The notes under the pieces were generated by a model that saw only the letters and a program-made list of their open reading frames with translations, ran no database searches and was not told the DNA's origin. This document shows, in pieces, positions 39,105 to 48,933 of a stretch of DNA of 64,000 nucleotides. The first letter of the stretch is position 1; each line of letters starts with the position of its first letter. The stretch comes from Balanoglossus misakiensis. Taxonomy: Eukaryota > Animalia > Hemichordata. The DNA is taken from contig CM082580.2 of assembly GCA_040954595.2 (NCBI GenBank), positions 3,214,783-3,278,782 of the forward strand. The letters are read 5' to 3'. The position numbers and the translations under genes were made by a program.

Positions 39105-39166
39105 AGGTCGCACCGTAGTTGACAGAGCTCAGAAAATTCTAAGTGCTGTCAACTACGGTGCGACCT
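39105..39166. repeat. Perfect 21-bp inverted repeat (hairpin) in the right subterminal region of the DNA transposon
   Basis: aggtcgcaccgtagttgacag (39105-39125), a 20-nt spacer, then ctgtcaactacggtgcgacct (39146-39166). Confidence 0.9.
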
Positions 39167-39574
39167 GTGATATTGGCGCAACTAACAGAACGCCAAGACT
39201 CTATCGGCCATGAATTTACCAAGTTTCATCTCAAGGGCTACGGCCGATCCGCGAAATGCGATCCGCAGCTATGTTTTGAAACCAAAGATAAACATGCAAA
39301 ACACTGTGGGTAAACACTTTCCCGCGGCTACACCGTTTCTACTACAGAGTTTACCGAGTGACAGTTTGTCCAATCATATTATCAAAAGACGTAAGAAATA
39401 ACAATAATAATATATCTGCATTGGCGTTACCAGATTGCAGCCGAAACAACTTATAGAAGGTAAAACTTGGCCAGACTCCTGGCTAGACGCGTATCAGCTG
39501 GTTGAAAACACTCGCCCACATTGTACTTCCGGTAGCGCATGCGCAGAACGTTTGTCGCCCCTGTGACTTTTCTA

Positions 39575-40331
39575 TTGTTGAGATCATTGCCATGCATAGC
39601 GCCCTCACGAGCCTGCAGGGGGAGAACGTCCTACATCATGGCGTCCCTCACCATGCAGGCAAGTGTATTTGTAGCGTCCAGATTTCTATCGAATATTTTC
39701 TATGTAAAGGTTGGCATCCATGCCCCATGTTATACCACGGACAAAAGTAACATTTTGAGAACACTCGTTGAAAGTTTCAGTGTTTGATGTTGGATATTTT
39801 TCATGGTTCTTCCAGTTTTATTCCACTCTGTACTTACCATTTGTAGGCTTGTGTGCAGTGCCTATTGTCGTGCATGTTATTCCCATGTGTCAGTTCCTGA
39901 CCATTTCGTACTTACCTGCCAATATATCGTTGTTCAGTGGTTTCCATACAATTTAAACAAACAGATATGACTACCTTTGGTATATCAAGCTATTTTATTT
40001 AGTGTTTTCAGAGTTTTGTAAGCTTCACACAGGCCATGTAGTGCGTCACATGACTAGACACCCTAGCTTACTGTGGATTGTTGAAACCCCATTTATTGAA
40101 CCCATAACTCAGTGTACGTTCTTTTCCCTCCTACATCATGGCGTCCCTCACCATGCAGGCGATGCGGAAGAAAATAAAACAAGCAATGTGAAGCCATAAC
40201 TGGTGTCGGCTGAGTTTATTATGTGTGAGCGGTACTGTGACACTGATCAACAGAAAATAACGCAACGCAATGACAATAAGACAGAACTATTGAAGTACAG
40301 AACTATTGAAGTACAGAAAATCAGTGCCACA
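39575..40331 (+). repeat. Remainder of the Gypsy 5' LTR
   Basis: Matches 46536-47292 with no difference found by eye. Ends ...agtgccaCA. AATAAA at ~40173. Confidence 0.95.
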
Positions 40332-40333
40332 TC

Positions 40334-40352
40334 TGGTGCCGAGACCAGGATT
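40334..40352 (+). promoter_or_regulatory. Primer-binding site (tRNA-His-like)
   Basis: TGGTGCCGAGACCAGGATT lies 2 nt after the LTR. It is complementary to a tRNA 3' end, closest from memory to invertebrate tRNA-His (TGGTGCCGTGACCAGGA); tRNA-Phe is not excluded. Confidence 0.75.
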
Positions 40353-40648
40353 GATCCACAGTTACGACCGTATCCAGTTTATGTGTGTATGCTGATTCAG
40401 CCAGCGGAAGTCCAGTGTATGCAGAGTTGCTGTATTGTGTGCGAGTTGTTGACTGCTCCACAAGGAACTTGCCTGTCGACATTTTTAAAAAAAAAAAAAA
40501 AAAAAAAAAGAAACACACACACATTTTGCAGACAAACATTTGAACAGTGAACTGTGAAAGAAAAGAACAGTGTTTACTGAACTCTGCTTAGAGCAGTACA
40601 TTGAGTGCCAGTGGTTTGTAGCAGTATTCCGTACAAATATACCAACCC

Positions 40649-41983
40649 ATGAGTAGCAGTTTATTACCAAATATGCAGAACACAACTGTTGACGATTTGA
40701 TGACCTTTGACCTTGTTGAAGGGGATGACATCCAAAATCCACGGGAAGCAGTTCCACCCACTCCGCAACAACCCCCCATCACCATGACAACCCCACACAG
40801 ACCGGTGAACCAGGGTAACTATGATCCCAATACCCCGCACAGCCAACCAGTTATGCAGCAACCAAGCATGTTCCTTGCCTCCAGTAATTTGTTTCAACCA
40901 AACTTTCAGTCCACCCCATATTTCTGTCCACAACCAGCAGTACCACCTGTACAGCCATCATTCCAACCGGCTTTGAACCCACCACCCGTTTCTCAGTATA
41001 GAATGAACTCATCACATCAAGTGCGTGGTGTACCGATTTTCAGCGGGAATCCAGATGGGAAAGTGCTTGTGGAGGACTGGATCAGAGACATCCAATACTT
41101 ATTCGAAGCCGGTACAATGCCAGAATACCTGCAGTTTGCCACCATCATACGACACTTAAGTGGCGAAGCAAGGAAATTGGTCCTCAACCTCCCACCATCA
41201 CAACAAACCCTGAGTCGTGCTTTCGATGAATTGCGCGCCGAATATGGAGAGGGATGTCTGTCTATGGACCCGATGGGCAGCTTCTATGAAAGACGACAAC
41301 GTTCAGATGAGTCAGCAAGCTCCTATGCAATAGCCCTAGAAGATATGTTGCGACAGGTAGAGGAGAGAATGAACCGTGGTCGACCCTACATGGACAGAGA
41401 CTATAAACTTACCCAGCAGTTTATGAAGGGTTTGCACGATCAAAGTGTTTTCAATCGACTGGCTCCTATGAAACCGAGACAAATGACCTTTGCTGAACTT
41501 AGGGCTGAGCTTCGTCATCTAGCCAGAGAAGGTAGGCAAACAGCAAACAAATCGAAGAAAGGCCAGACTCAACCGCATTTTGCGAGAGATAACCATGATC
41601 AGACGGGCAATCAGTCGGTGTCATTCATACCAGATCAGACACCAGGAGTCGACCAGTCCATGGCACAAGTCACCCAGTTACTACAACAAATTGCACTGAA
41701 CCAGGAACAGCAGGCTGCACGACTTGCCAAACTGGAAGCGAAGGCCACCAACGCACCGAAACAACCATCTGATCAGAGCAGCAGTACACCGATGTGTACG
41801 GCTGGTAAACCAGATCCAGCAGCAGCTAACAGAAAGCCAGCTCCACGGTTTGATGAGAATACTGTGTGTCATCGTTGTGGTGGTAAAGGACATATAGCTA
41901 AGGGATGTTGTTCCAAACCCATCCAGAAGTCCAGGGGATCACCCAGTGGTGCTGGACATCATACAGCTACACCTTTAAACTAG
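40649..41983 (+). CDS. gag: Gypsy Gag (PNMA-like capsid, CCHC zinc knuckle)
   Basis: 444-aa ORF with FSGNPDGKVLVEDWIRDI, HLSGEARKLV, FYERRQRSDESASSYAIALE and the knuckle CHRCGGKGHIAKGC. Confidence 0.93.
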   Translation: MSSSLLPNMQNTTVDDLMTFDLVEGDDIQNPREAVPPTPQQPPITMTTPHRPVNQGNYDPNTPHSQPVMQQPSMFLASSNLFQPNFQSTPYFCPQPAVPPVQPSFQPALNPPPVSQYRMNSSHQVRGVPIFSGNPDGKVLVEDWIRDIQYLFEAGTMPEYLQFATIIRHLSGEARKLVLNLPPSQQTLSRAFDELRAEYGEGCLSMDPMGSFYERRQRSDESASSYAIALEDMLRQVEERMNRGRPYMDRDYKLTQQFMKGLHDQSVFNRLAPMKPRQMTFAELRAELRHLAREGRQTANKSKKGQTQPHFARDNHDQTGNQSVSFIPDQTPGVDQSMAQVTQLLQQIALNQEQQAARLAKLEAKATNAPKQPSDQSSSTPMCTAGKPDPAAANRKPAPRFDENTVCHRCGGKGHIAKGCCSKPIQKSRGSPSGAGHHTATPLN

Positions 41984-44900
41984 TTCAACCTGTGGAAGAG
42001 GGACATTCCGCAGGTGTTGACACAGTTAGTCCCCCTCGTCAACAGAAAGCAGATTCATTACAAGTTCGATCTGGAGTGGAGGTGGTAGACCAATTGGTTG
42101 GACCATTGAACGAGACATTGGTGGAAGTGAATGGCATTAAGTGTAGTACCCTGGTAGACACAGGTTCCCAAGTAACCACAGTGACCGAAGACTTCCTGCA
42201 GTCTCATCCTCAGCTATCCAGTAGAACATTGGAATCTGCAGACATTACTATTGAAGGGGCGGGAGGCCAGAGTGTTCCTCATTACGGTGTGACACGGTTA
42301 GACTTGACATTTCTTGGGCGGACATATAAGCAAGTACCGGTATTTGTTGTCCCACATACAGCGTATCGCAAGAAAGTGCCATTGTTGATTGGAACGAATG
42401 TGATACGTACTAGCCGCAACGATTTGAGAGCCATACATGGACACTGCTACCATAGCCAAGTTAAACGGACATCAGAAGTATGGTATAGTGCCTATAGGCA
42501 AGTGGGGAAAACAGAGCTTGGTGGGAAGTCTGGATTGATAGGTCAAGCAAAATACAGGGGCCGTCGGCCCATGACTATACCACCAGGAGAAGAGGCCCAC
42601 ATTCCCTGTCGTGTGCCAAGGGGTCCCGCCAGGATGATGTACACTGCACTCATAGAAGGCCCGCAAACTCGATGTGTTCCAGATGGGTTGGCTATTGGCA
42701 GAGTACTAGCCGATATTGACGGAGGACAGACAAGCGTAAGAGTTTGTAATTACTCGTCTAAGCCCCTGGTCATCTGGCCAAAGACCTGCGTTGCAGAGTT
42801 GCATGCTGTAGAGAGCGAGGATGACCTTCCAGCCCTCAGGGAACCCAGGAAATCAGACAAACATAAGCAAAACAGTACTAGACAGGGCAGGTCCAGGAAC
42901 CGCAGAACAATGCAGTCCGGGCGTGATCATGCACCTCCACGACTGAGTCCACCCCAATGTCAGAGTACTACGCAGTCTGCATGGGATGGTATCCCTCCTG
43001 TCGATTCGAGTGGTGTAGCAGCAGATAACCTTGAACAGCTTCAAGCTTTAAAGGATCTCCTGCGGAAGAATGCCGATGTGTTCTCAAAACATTCTATGGA
43101 CTACGGTAGAACGACTACCATCCAGCACGAAATACCGCTTGTGGACAACCAGCCATTTCGGTTACCACACCGTAGAATACCCCCAACGCAGTACCAAGAG
43201 ATCAAAGAGCATATTGCAGACATGGAGTCAGCGGGAGTGATTAGACCCAGCAAGAGCCCTTATGCGTCTCCCATCGTTATTGTGCGCAAAAAGGATGGCT
43301 CTCCCAGGATCTGTATCGATTACCGTGAACTCAATAAACGTTCCATCAAAGATGCATTTCCCATGCCCCGTATTGATGATGCGCTGGAGGCCCTTGGGCA
43401 GGCAAAGTACTTCTCTACGCTGGACCTTACCTCTGGATATTGGCAGATGGAGATTGCTGAAAAGGATAAGTACAAGACAGCATTCACAACCCCCATGGGA
43501 CTCTTTGAGGCGAACCGAATGCCTTTCGGTCTTACAAATGCACCAGCGTCGTTCTCCAGACTTATGACAGCTTGCTTGGGCGACCAGAACTTTTCCACAG
43601 TCATCATCTACCTGGATGATATCATCATATTTTCCCGTACCTTTGATGAACACCTTACCAGACTCCAAATGGTGTTTGACCGACTACGTCAACACGGGTT
43701 GAAACTGAAACCCCAGAAGTGCAGCCTTCTGCAAAGGGAAGTAAGTTACCTGGGGCATCGAGTGTCGGCAGACGGTATCAGCACGGACCCAGAGAAATTG
43801 AAAGCTGTGAAAGAATGGCCCAGACCTAGAAACCGTAAGGACCTACTAAAGTACCTTGGCTTCACTGGGTACTACCGTCGGTTTATCAAGGGTTACAGCA
43901 CCATAGCGGCGCCTCTGTACCGTTTGACTTCGGGAGACCCCAGAAAGAAAGTGAAAGGAGGAAAGGCACCCAAGCCTGCCCCACCATTTGTCTGGTCCAG
44001 CGAGTGTGAGGACGCTTTTTGTTGTTTGAAGGATAAACTTTTGTCTGCTCCCATCCTTGGATACCCCGACTTCTCGAAGCCATTTGTCCTTCATACAGAT
44101 GCATCCGGAGAAGGTCTAGGTGCTGTACTAGTCCAGAATCAGGAGGGCAGAGACAGAGTTATATCATATTGCAGCAGAGGATTGTCACCTTCAGAAACCA
44201 GATACCCTGCACATAAGTTAGAGTTTTTGTGCCTCAAATGGGCTATCACCGACAAACTGAGGGACTACCTTTACGGCAATTACTTTACTGTACTAACAGA
44301 CAACAACCCCCTAATCTACGTCATGTCCACCGCAAAATTGGATGCTACAGGCCAGCGGTGGGTTTCTCAGCTGTCCATGTTTAACTTTGATATCAAGTAC
44401 AGGCCGGGCAAGAACAACGCCAATGCGGATGGTCTCTCTAGGATGCCACGTGAAGAGGTTGCTCAACACTTCAAAGCCGTATGTAGTATGGTGAACAGCA
44501 AGGCCCTTGTGGATGGTGAGTCGAGACCAGAAGCGGCGGCCTCAGATGCCTTGCCCGGTATGACACCGTCAATGTTGAGACTGTGTCAAGAGGAAGACTC
44601 GTCAATTCAGAGAGCAGTTTTCCTGCGTAGCTCATCGAGAAAACCCAGCCAGAGGCAACTAAGGAGTGAATCCAAAGAGACAAGGCTGTTGCTCTACCAG
44701 TGGGACCGACTACAGGTCAAGGATGGCATACTGTACAGACAAGTTCGTCCACCTCAAGGAGCTGAAGTTTTCCAGATGGTTCTTCCATGTAAGTACCGAA
44801 GGGATGTCTTCCAGAAGCTACATAGTGAGATGGGACACCTTGGCCTGGACAAAACATTAGACCTCATACGTGCACGATTTTACTGGCCACAGATGTTTGT

Positions 44901-46368
44901 CCAGGTGAAGACGTGGTGTGAGCAGTGCACGCGCTGTTGCCTGAGGAAAACGGCGTCCAACATCCGGGCACCCCTTGTCAACATTAGAACTTCCGAGCCA
45001 ATGGAACTAGTATGCATTGACTTCTTGACACTTGAGCCATCCAAAGGAGGCATAGAGAACATACTTGTGGTAACGGATCATTTCTCTCGTTACGCCCAGG
45101 CCTTCCCCACTCCAAACCAGAAGGCTTCAACTGTAGCTAGAATTCTTTGGAAGAATCTGATATGTCATTACGGCTTTCCACGTCGCCTTCATGCAGACCA
45201 GGGACGTAATTTCGAAAGCTCATTGATACGCGAGTTGTGTAGCATTACCAATACCGTGAAGAGTCATACCACACCATATCACCCCCAGGGAAATGGGATG
45301 ACAGAGAGATTTAACCAAACGCTTCTCAATATGCTTGGAACCCTGGATCCGTCCCAGAAAACCGACTGGAAAGAGCACGTTGAAACCTTGACCCATGCTT
45401 ACAACTGTGCCAGGCATGAGTCCACGGGATACTCACCTTTCTTTCTCATGTTTGGGAGATGTCCACGCCTGCCAGTAGACCTTGTATTCAACACCTCATC
45501 GGACAAGGAAGAGCCAGTCGAGTATTCAGACTATGTTGACGCACTCAGAGAGCGGTTGAAGATCGCCTACAGAGAAGCAAGTGCCAATGCAGATGAAGCA
45601 AGACAAAGGCAGAAGAAGCAGTATGATAGTAAGGCAAAGGCAGAGAGCCTGTCCCCCGGCGATAGAGTCCTGGTACAGCTGAAAGAGACAGGCAAACACA
45701 AAATAGGGGACCGGTGGGAAACAACACCCTATATCGTAGTGAAGAAACAACCAGACATTCCCGTCTATGTGGTTAAGTCTGAGATAGAGGACAGAGAGAA
45801 AACAGTGCATCGCAACATGCTCAAGTTATGCTCATTCCTACCAGTGGAGTCTGGAGGTCAGCCAACCAGGCCAGTGGTGGGTGGTGCCAGCGGTCCAGTC
45901 ACTTGTGCCACTGCTGGGGGGACCGACTGTGATTCAGAGGCCGAAGGAGACATGGTAGAATTGGTAGCCGAGCCAGAACTCACAGGGCTGACCCCTACGG
46001 AAGAACCCGCAGTTGCAGTCCAGCCTAAAGGGATCAGCAGCCCAGAACCATTGACAGCCCAGATGCCGACCACCGGTTATACACCAGATAACCATATATC
46101 AGTGACACCATCCACTTGTACTCCTGGTGCACCGGATGCTTCCACACAAGGGCAACACCAGTCATCCAAGGATAATCCCGCCACTATACATACACCGCCA
46201 ACCGATCACAGCAACACCCTGGAACAGCCAGAGACAACACCTCGCCGATATCCACAAAGACAGCGGAGACCACCCGACAGATTAGGATCTTATATTTTAT
46301 CCATAGTTGCCAGAGCTACAGGACATACTCACCCAGAACAATGTGTGGGACCTATGATCGAGGTTTAA
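41905..46368 (+). CDS. pol: Gypsy Pol polyprotein (aspartic protease, reverse transcriptase, RNase H, integrase), expressed by -1 frameshift near 41980
   Basis: LVDTGSQVT (PR); SPYASPIVIVRKKDG, LDLTSGYWQ, YLDDII (RT); LHTDASGEGLGAVL, TDNNPL (RH); HSEMGH...CEQC, CIDF, HADQGRNFES, GMTERFNQTL (IN). No stops. Confidence 0.96.
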   Translation: MLFQTHPEVQGITQWCWTSYSYTFKLVQPVEEGHSAGVDTVSPPRQQKADSLQVRSGVEVVDQLVGPLNETLVEVNGIKCSTLVDTGSQVTTVTEDFLQSHPQLSSRTLESADITIEGAGGQSVPHYGVTRLDLTFLGRTYKQVPVFVVPHTAYRKKVPLLIGTNVIRTSRNDLRAIHGHCYHSQVKRTSEVWYSAYRQVGKTELGGKSGLIGQAKYRGRRPMTIPPGEEAHIPCRVPRGPARMMYTALIEGPQTRCVPDGLAIGRVLADIDGGQTSVRVCNYSSKPLVIWPKTCVAELHAVESEDDLPALREPRKSDKHKQNSTRQGRSRNRRTMQSGRDHAPPRLSPPQCQSTTQSAWDGIPPVDSSGVAADNLEQLQALKDLLRKNADVFSKHSMDYGRTTTIQHEIPLVDNQPFRLPHRRIPPTQYQEIKEHIADMESAGVIRPSKSPYASPIVIVRKKDGSPRICIDYRELNKRSIKDAFPMPRIDDALEALGQAKYFSTLDLTSGYWQMEIAEKDKYKTAFTTPMGLFEANRMPFGLTNAPASFSRLMTACLGDQNFSTVIIYLDDIIIFSRTFDEHLTRLQMVFDRLRQHGLKLKPQKCSLLQREVSYLGHRVSADGISTDPEKLKAVKEWPRPRNRKDLLKYLGFTGYYRRFIKGYSTIAAPLYRLTSGDPRKKVKGGKAPKPAPPFVWSSECEDAFCCLKDKLLSAPILGYPDFSKPFVLHTDASGEGLGAVLVQNQEGRDRVISYCSRGLSPSETRYPAHKLEFLCLKWAITDKLRDYLYGNYFTVLTDNNPLIYVMSTAKLDATGQRWVSQLSMFNFDIKYRPGKNNANADGLSRMPREEVAQHFKAVCSMVNSKALVDGESRPEAAASDALPGMTPSMLRLCQEEDSSIQRAVFLRSSSRKPSQRQLRSESKETRLLLYQWDRLQVKDGILYRQVRPPQGAEVFQMVLPCKYRRDVFQKLHSEMGHLGLDKTLDLIRARFYWPQMFVQVKTWCEQCTRCCLRKTASNIRAPLVNIRTSEPMELVCIDFLTLEPSKGGIENILVVTDHFSRYAQAFPTPNQKASTVARILWKNLICHYGFPRRLHADQGRNFESSLIRELCSITNTVKSHTTPYHPQGNGMTERFNQTLLNMLGTLDPSQKTDWKEHVETLTHAYNCARHESTGYSPFFLMFGRCPRLPVDLVFNTSSDKEEPVEYSDYVDALRERLKIAYREASANADEARQRQKKQYDSKAKAESLSPGDRVLVQLKETGKHKIGDRWETTPYIVVKKQPDIPVYVVKSEIEDREKTVHRNMLKLCSFLPVESGGQPTRPVVGGASGPVTCATAGGTDCDSEAEGDMVELVAEPELTGLTPTEEPAVAVQPKGISSPEPLTAQMPTTGYTPDNHISVTPSTCTPGAPDASTQGQHQSSKDNPATIHTPPTDHSNTLEQPETTPRRYPQRQRRPPDRLGSYILSIVARATGHTHPEQCVGPMIEV
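41974..42037 (+). promoter_or_regulatory. Programmed -1 ribosomal frameshift signal
   Basis: Slippery heptamer T TTA AAC (41974-41980) directly before the gag TAG; pol is in the -1 frame. After a 7-nt spacer comes the stem acctgtggaa/ttccgcaggt (41988-42015). Confidence 0.85.
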
Positions 46369-46480
46369 ATCAGTTTCATGTAGATCACAACAAAAACAAA
46401 TTCTTTGAAATGTTCGCGTTATTGTTAAATTTTTGATGAAAAAAAAAAAAAAAAAACGTTGAGGACACCGTTTCCCAAAC

Positions 46481-46490
46481 AGGGGGAGAG
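46481..46490 (+). promoter_or_regulatory. Polypurine tract
   Basis: AGGGGGAGAG lies immediately before the TG of the 3' LTR. Confidence 0.9.
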
Positions 46491-47292
46491 TGTCGCCGGG
46501 AGTTTTTCCACTTTTACCCGGGCAGTACTTTTCTATTGTTGAGATCATTGCCATGCATAGCGCCCTCACGAGCCTGCAGGGGGAGAACGTCCTACATCAT
46601 GGCGTCCCTCACCATGCAGGCAAGTGTATTTGTAGCGTCCAGATTTCTATCGAATATTTTCTATGTAAAGGTTGGCATCCATGCCCCATGTTATACCACG
46701 GACAAAAGTAACATTTTGAGAACACTCGTTGAAAGTTTCAGTGTTTGATGTTGGATATTTTTCATGGTTCTTCCAGTTTTATTCCACTCTGTACTTACCA
46801 TTTGTAGGCTTGTGTGCAGTGCCTATTGTCGTGCATGTTATTCCCATGTGTCAGTTCCTGACCATTTCGTACTTACCTGCCAATATATCGTTGTTCAGTG
46901 GTTTCCATACAATTTAAACAAACAGATATGACTACCTTTGGTATATCAAGCTATTTTATTTAGTGTTTTCAGAGTTTTGTAAGCTTCACACAGGCCATGT
47001 AGTGCGTCACATGACTAGACACCCTAGCTTACTGTGGATTGTTGAAACCCCATTTATTGAACCCATAACTCAGTGTACGTTCTTTTCCCTCCTACATCAT
47101 GGCGTCCCTCACCATGCAGGCGATGCGGAAGAAAATAAAACAAGCAATGTGAAGCCATAACTGGTGTCGGCTGAGTTTATTATGTGTGAGCGGTACTGTG
47201 ACACTGATCAACAGAAAATAACGCAACGCAATGACAATAAGACAGAACTATTGAAGTACAGAACTATTGAAGTACAGAAAATCAGTGCCACA
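46491..47292 (+). repeat. Gypsy 3' LTR (802 bp)
   Basis: TG...CA, followed by the ATTA TSD. Confidence 0.96.
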
Positions 47293-47471
47293 ATTAATTG
47301 CATTTATCTTTGTTGCATACAAAAACATAGACACATGACAACAGGCTATATTGTACTCCATTTCTAAATTGCTCAAGATCCCTTTTTACCAGTAGCAGTA
47401 AGTGACATACCAGTACAACAGGTAACTTCCATGGCAAGATACAACTAAAAGTGAGAACTTCACAAATAATA

Positions 47472-47679
47472 CTGTAAAACACTTTATTTTCGCGAGTTGA
47501 AATTTTCCCGATATCGAGAGAGGCCACTGTTTCGCGAGTATTAATTTTCGCGTTCTCTTATTTCATTCACTGTATCGTTATCTTCAAAAAAAAATTATGT
47601 GATTTTTTATTTTCATGCTATTTTGGCTCTCGCGTCTTTGGCGAAAATTTATTGCTCACGAAAATAAAGTGTTTTACAG
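47472..47679. mobile_element. MITE family A copy
   Basis: ta-ctgtaaaacactttattttcgcgag...aaaataaagtgttttacag-ta. Confidence 0.88.
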
Positions 47680-48726
47680 TATAGTACAAAGATTAAATTT
47701 TCAAATATTGTGGAGATAGATTATAATTTTGTGGAGTGTCTATGGGCATGAAAATATTAAATATGTGCTTGGAGAATGATGAAAAAACATATGATAAACT
47801 TCAAATGATCAACTGGAAAGATCACTGCTGTCTCCAACTGGTTATAGTTAAAAGTTCATTGTTGGGTAGAGCAGTCAAAATGTATTAAGGGGTCTGAATT
47901 CAAGTCTCCTCTGGGCGGCTCAGTTGTTTTTACTCACAAAATTTCCACTTGGCTTGTTGAATTTGGTACTCCTCAAATTTACAGCAAAACAGAGTTCTTT
48001 CTACATGGTGGATTTGGTAAATCACTGGTTTTTGTGACAGTCTATTCATATTATCTGGATATATGCAAAGTGTGGATTTAGAGAACATGCAAACAGCTTA
48101 AATTGGACAACCATGCTCCCCTTTAAAATGAAAACTGACCAGTAATTATAATTATAATGTTTATATAGAGTTGGACATAAAGTTGTGCATAGCTTAAAAT
48201 GTGAAATGCACTTTTTGTTCACTCTGCCAAGATTCGAAATGCGCTAGTCAAATGGCTGTCTTCATGGAGTTGAAAACGTGATCTGATATTGAATATTTTT
48301 TGCGTGCTCCATTTAATTTCAACACACTACAGACACTGTATCACTGGCAAGTTTGACGAAAATAAATGACTACTACAATTCTCTCCATGCTGTCTAGAAA
48401 ATGCACGCACATGTACCATACTGTCTCCCTGAACAGTCCATGAAATAATACCCAGCGGCATCTTTATATTCACAAGACAGCCTCACAAATTTGAAACTGC
48501 ACACAACACCACATCTGTCACAATCAATTTTTTGGTTTTCATGGTGATGTGTTCAAATCCTCTGAGTCACCCTTTCCTTTCAATGAGAATATAGTGTGTA
48601 GGACTCTATACATGTTTCAGTAATGGGACTAGATATACATGTTATGGTAATATTGGCGTTATATCTAGGAGTGGCAAACATAATCCAGTTGACCTATTGG
48701 AGGTCATCAATGAAACACTCAAGGTA

Positions 48727-48933
48727 CTGTAAAACACTTTATTTTTTACAAGTTGAAATTCGTGATATCGAGAGAGGCCACTGTTTTGCGAGTATTTATT
48801 TTCGCGTTCTCTTATATCATTCACTGTATCGTTATCTTCAAAAATAGTTTACACAACTTTTTATTTTCACGCTATTTTGGCTCTCGCGTATTTCGCGAAA
48901 ATTTATTGCTCGCGAAAATAAAATGTTTTACAG
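48727..48933. mobile_element. MITE family A copy
   Basis: Same TIRs and internal sequence as the other copies. Confidence 0.87.

Larger units (their letters stand above)
32285..39565 (+). mobile_element. Autonomous-looking DNA transposon, 7281 bp, 42-bp TIRs, 9-bp TSD (Academ/AcademH-like or an unclassified DDE superfamily)
   Basis: Left TIR gacaggggcgacaaacgttatgcgcatgtgccacaggaagta (32285-32326) vs right TIR reverse complement cacaggggcgacaaacgttctgcgcatgcgctaccggaagta (39524-39565): 37/42 identical. TSD ACTTTTCTA at 32276-32284 and 39566-39574. The 3' LTR shows the empty site with a single copy. Confidence 0.93.
32240..47292 (+). mobile_element. Full-length Ty3/Gypsy LTR retrotransposon; 5' LTR interrupted by a DNA transposon
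   Basis: TG...CA LTRs of 802 bp (5': 32240-32284 plus 39575-40331; 3': 46491-47292). ATTA TSD at 32236-32239 and 47293-47296. PBS, PPT and intact gag and pol with domain order PR-RT-RH-IN. Confidence 0.96.

Noticed and set aside
40281-40318. Short tandem repeats considered as a CRISPR-like array
   Set aside because: Eukaryotic LTR tandem repeat of about 2.5 units with no spacers.
39502-40550. Duplicated short ORFs, also at 46490-47367
   Set aside because: They are chance ORFs in the two LTR copies, with no protein motifs.
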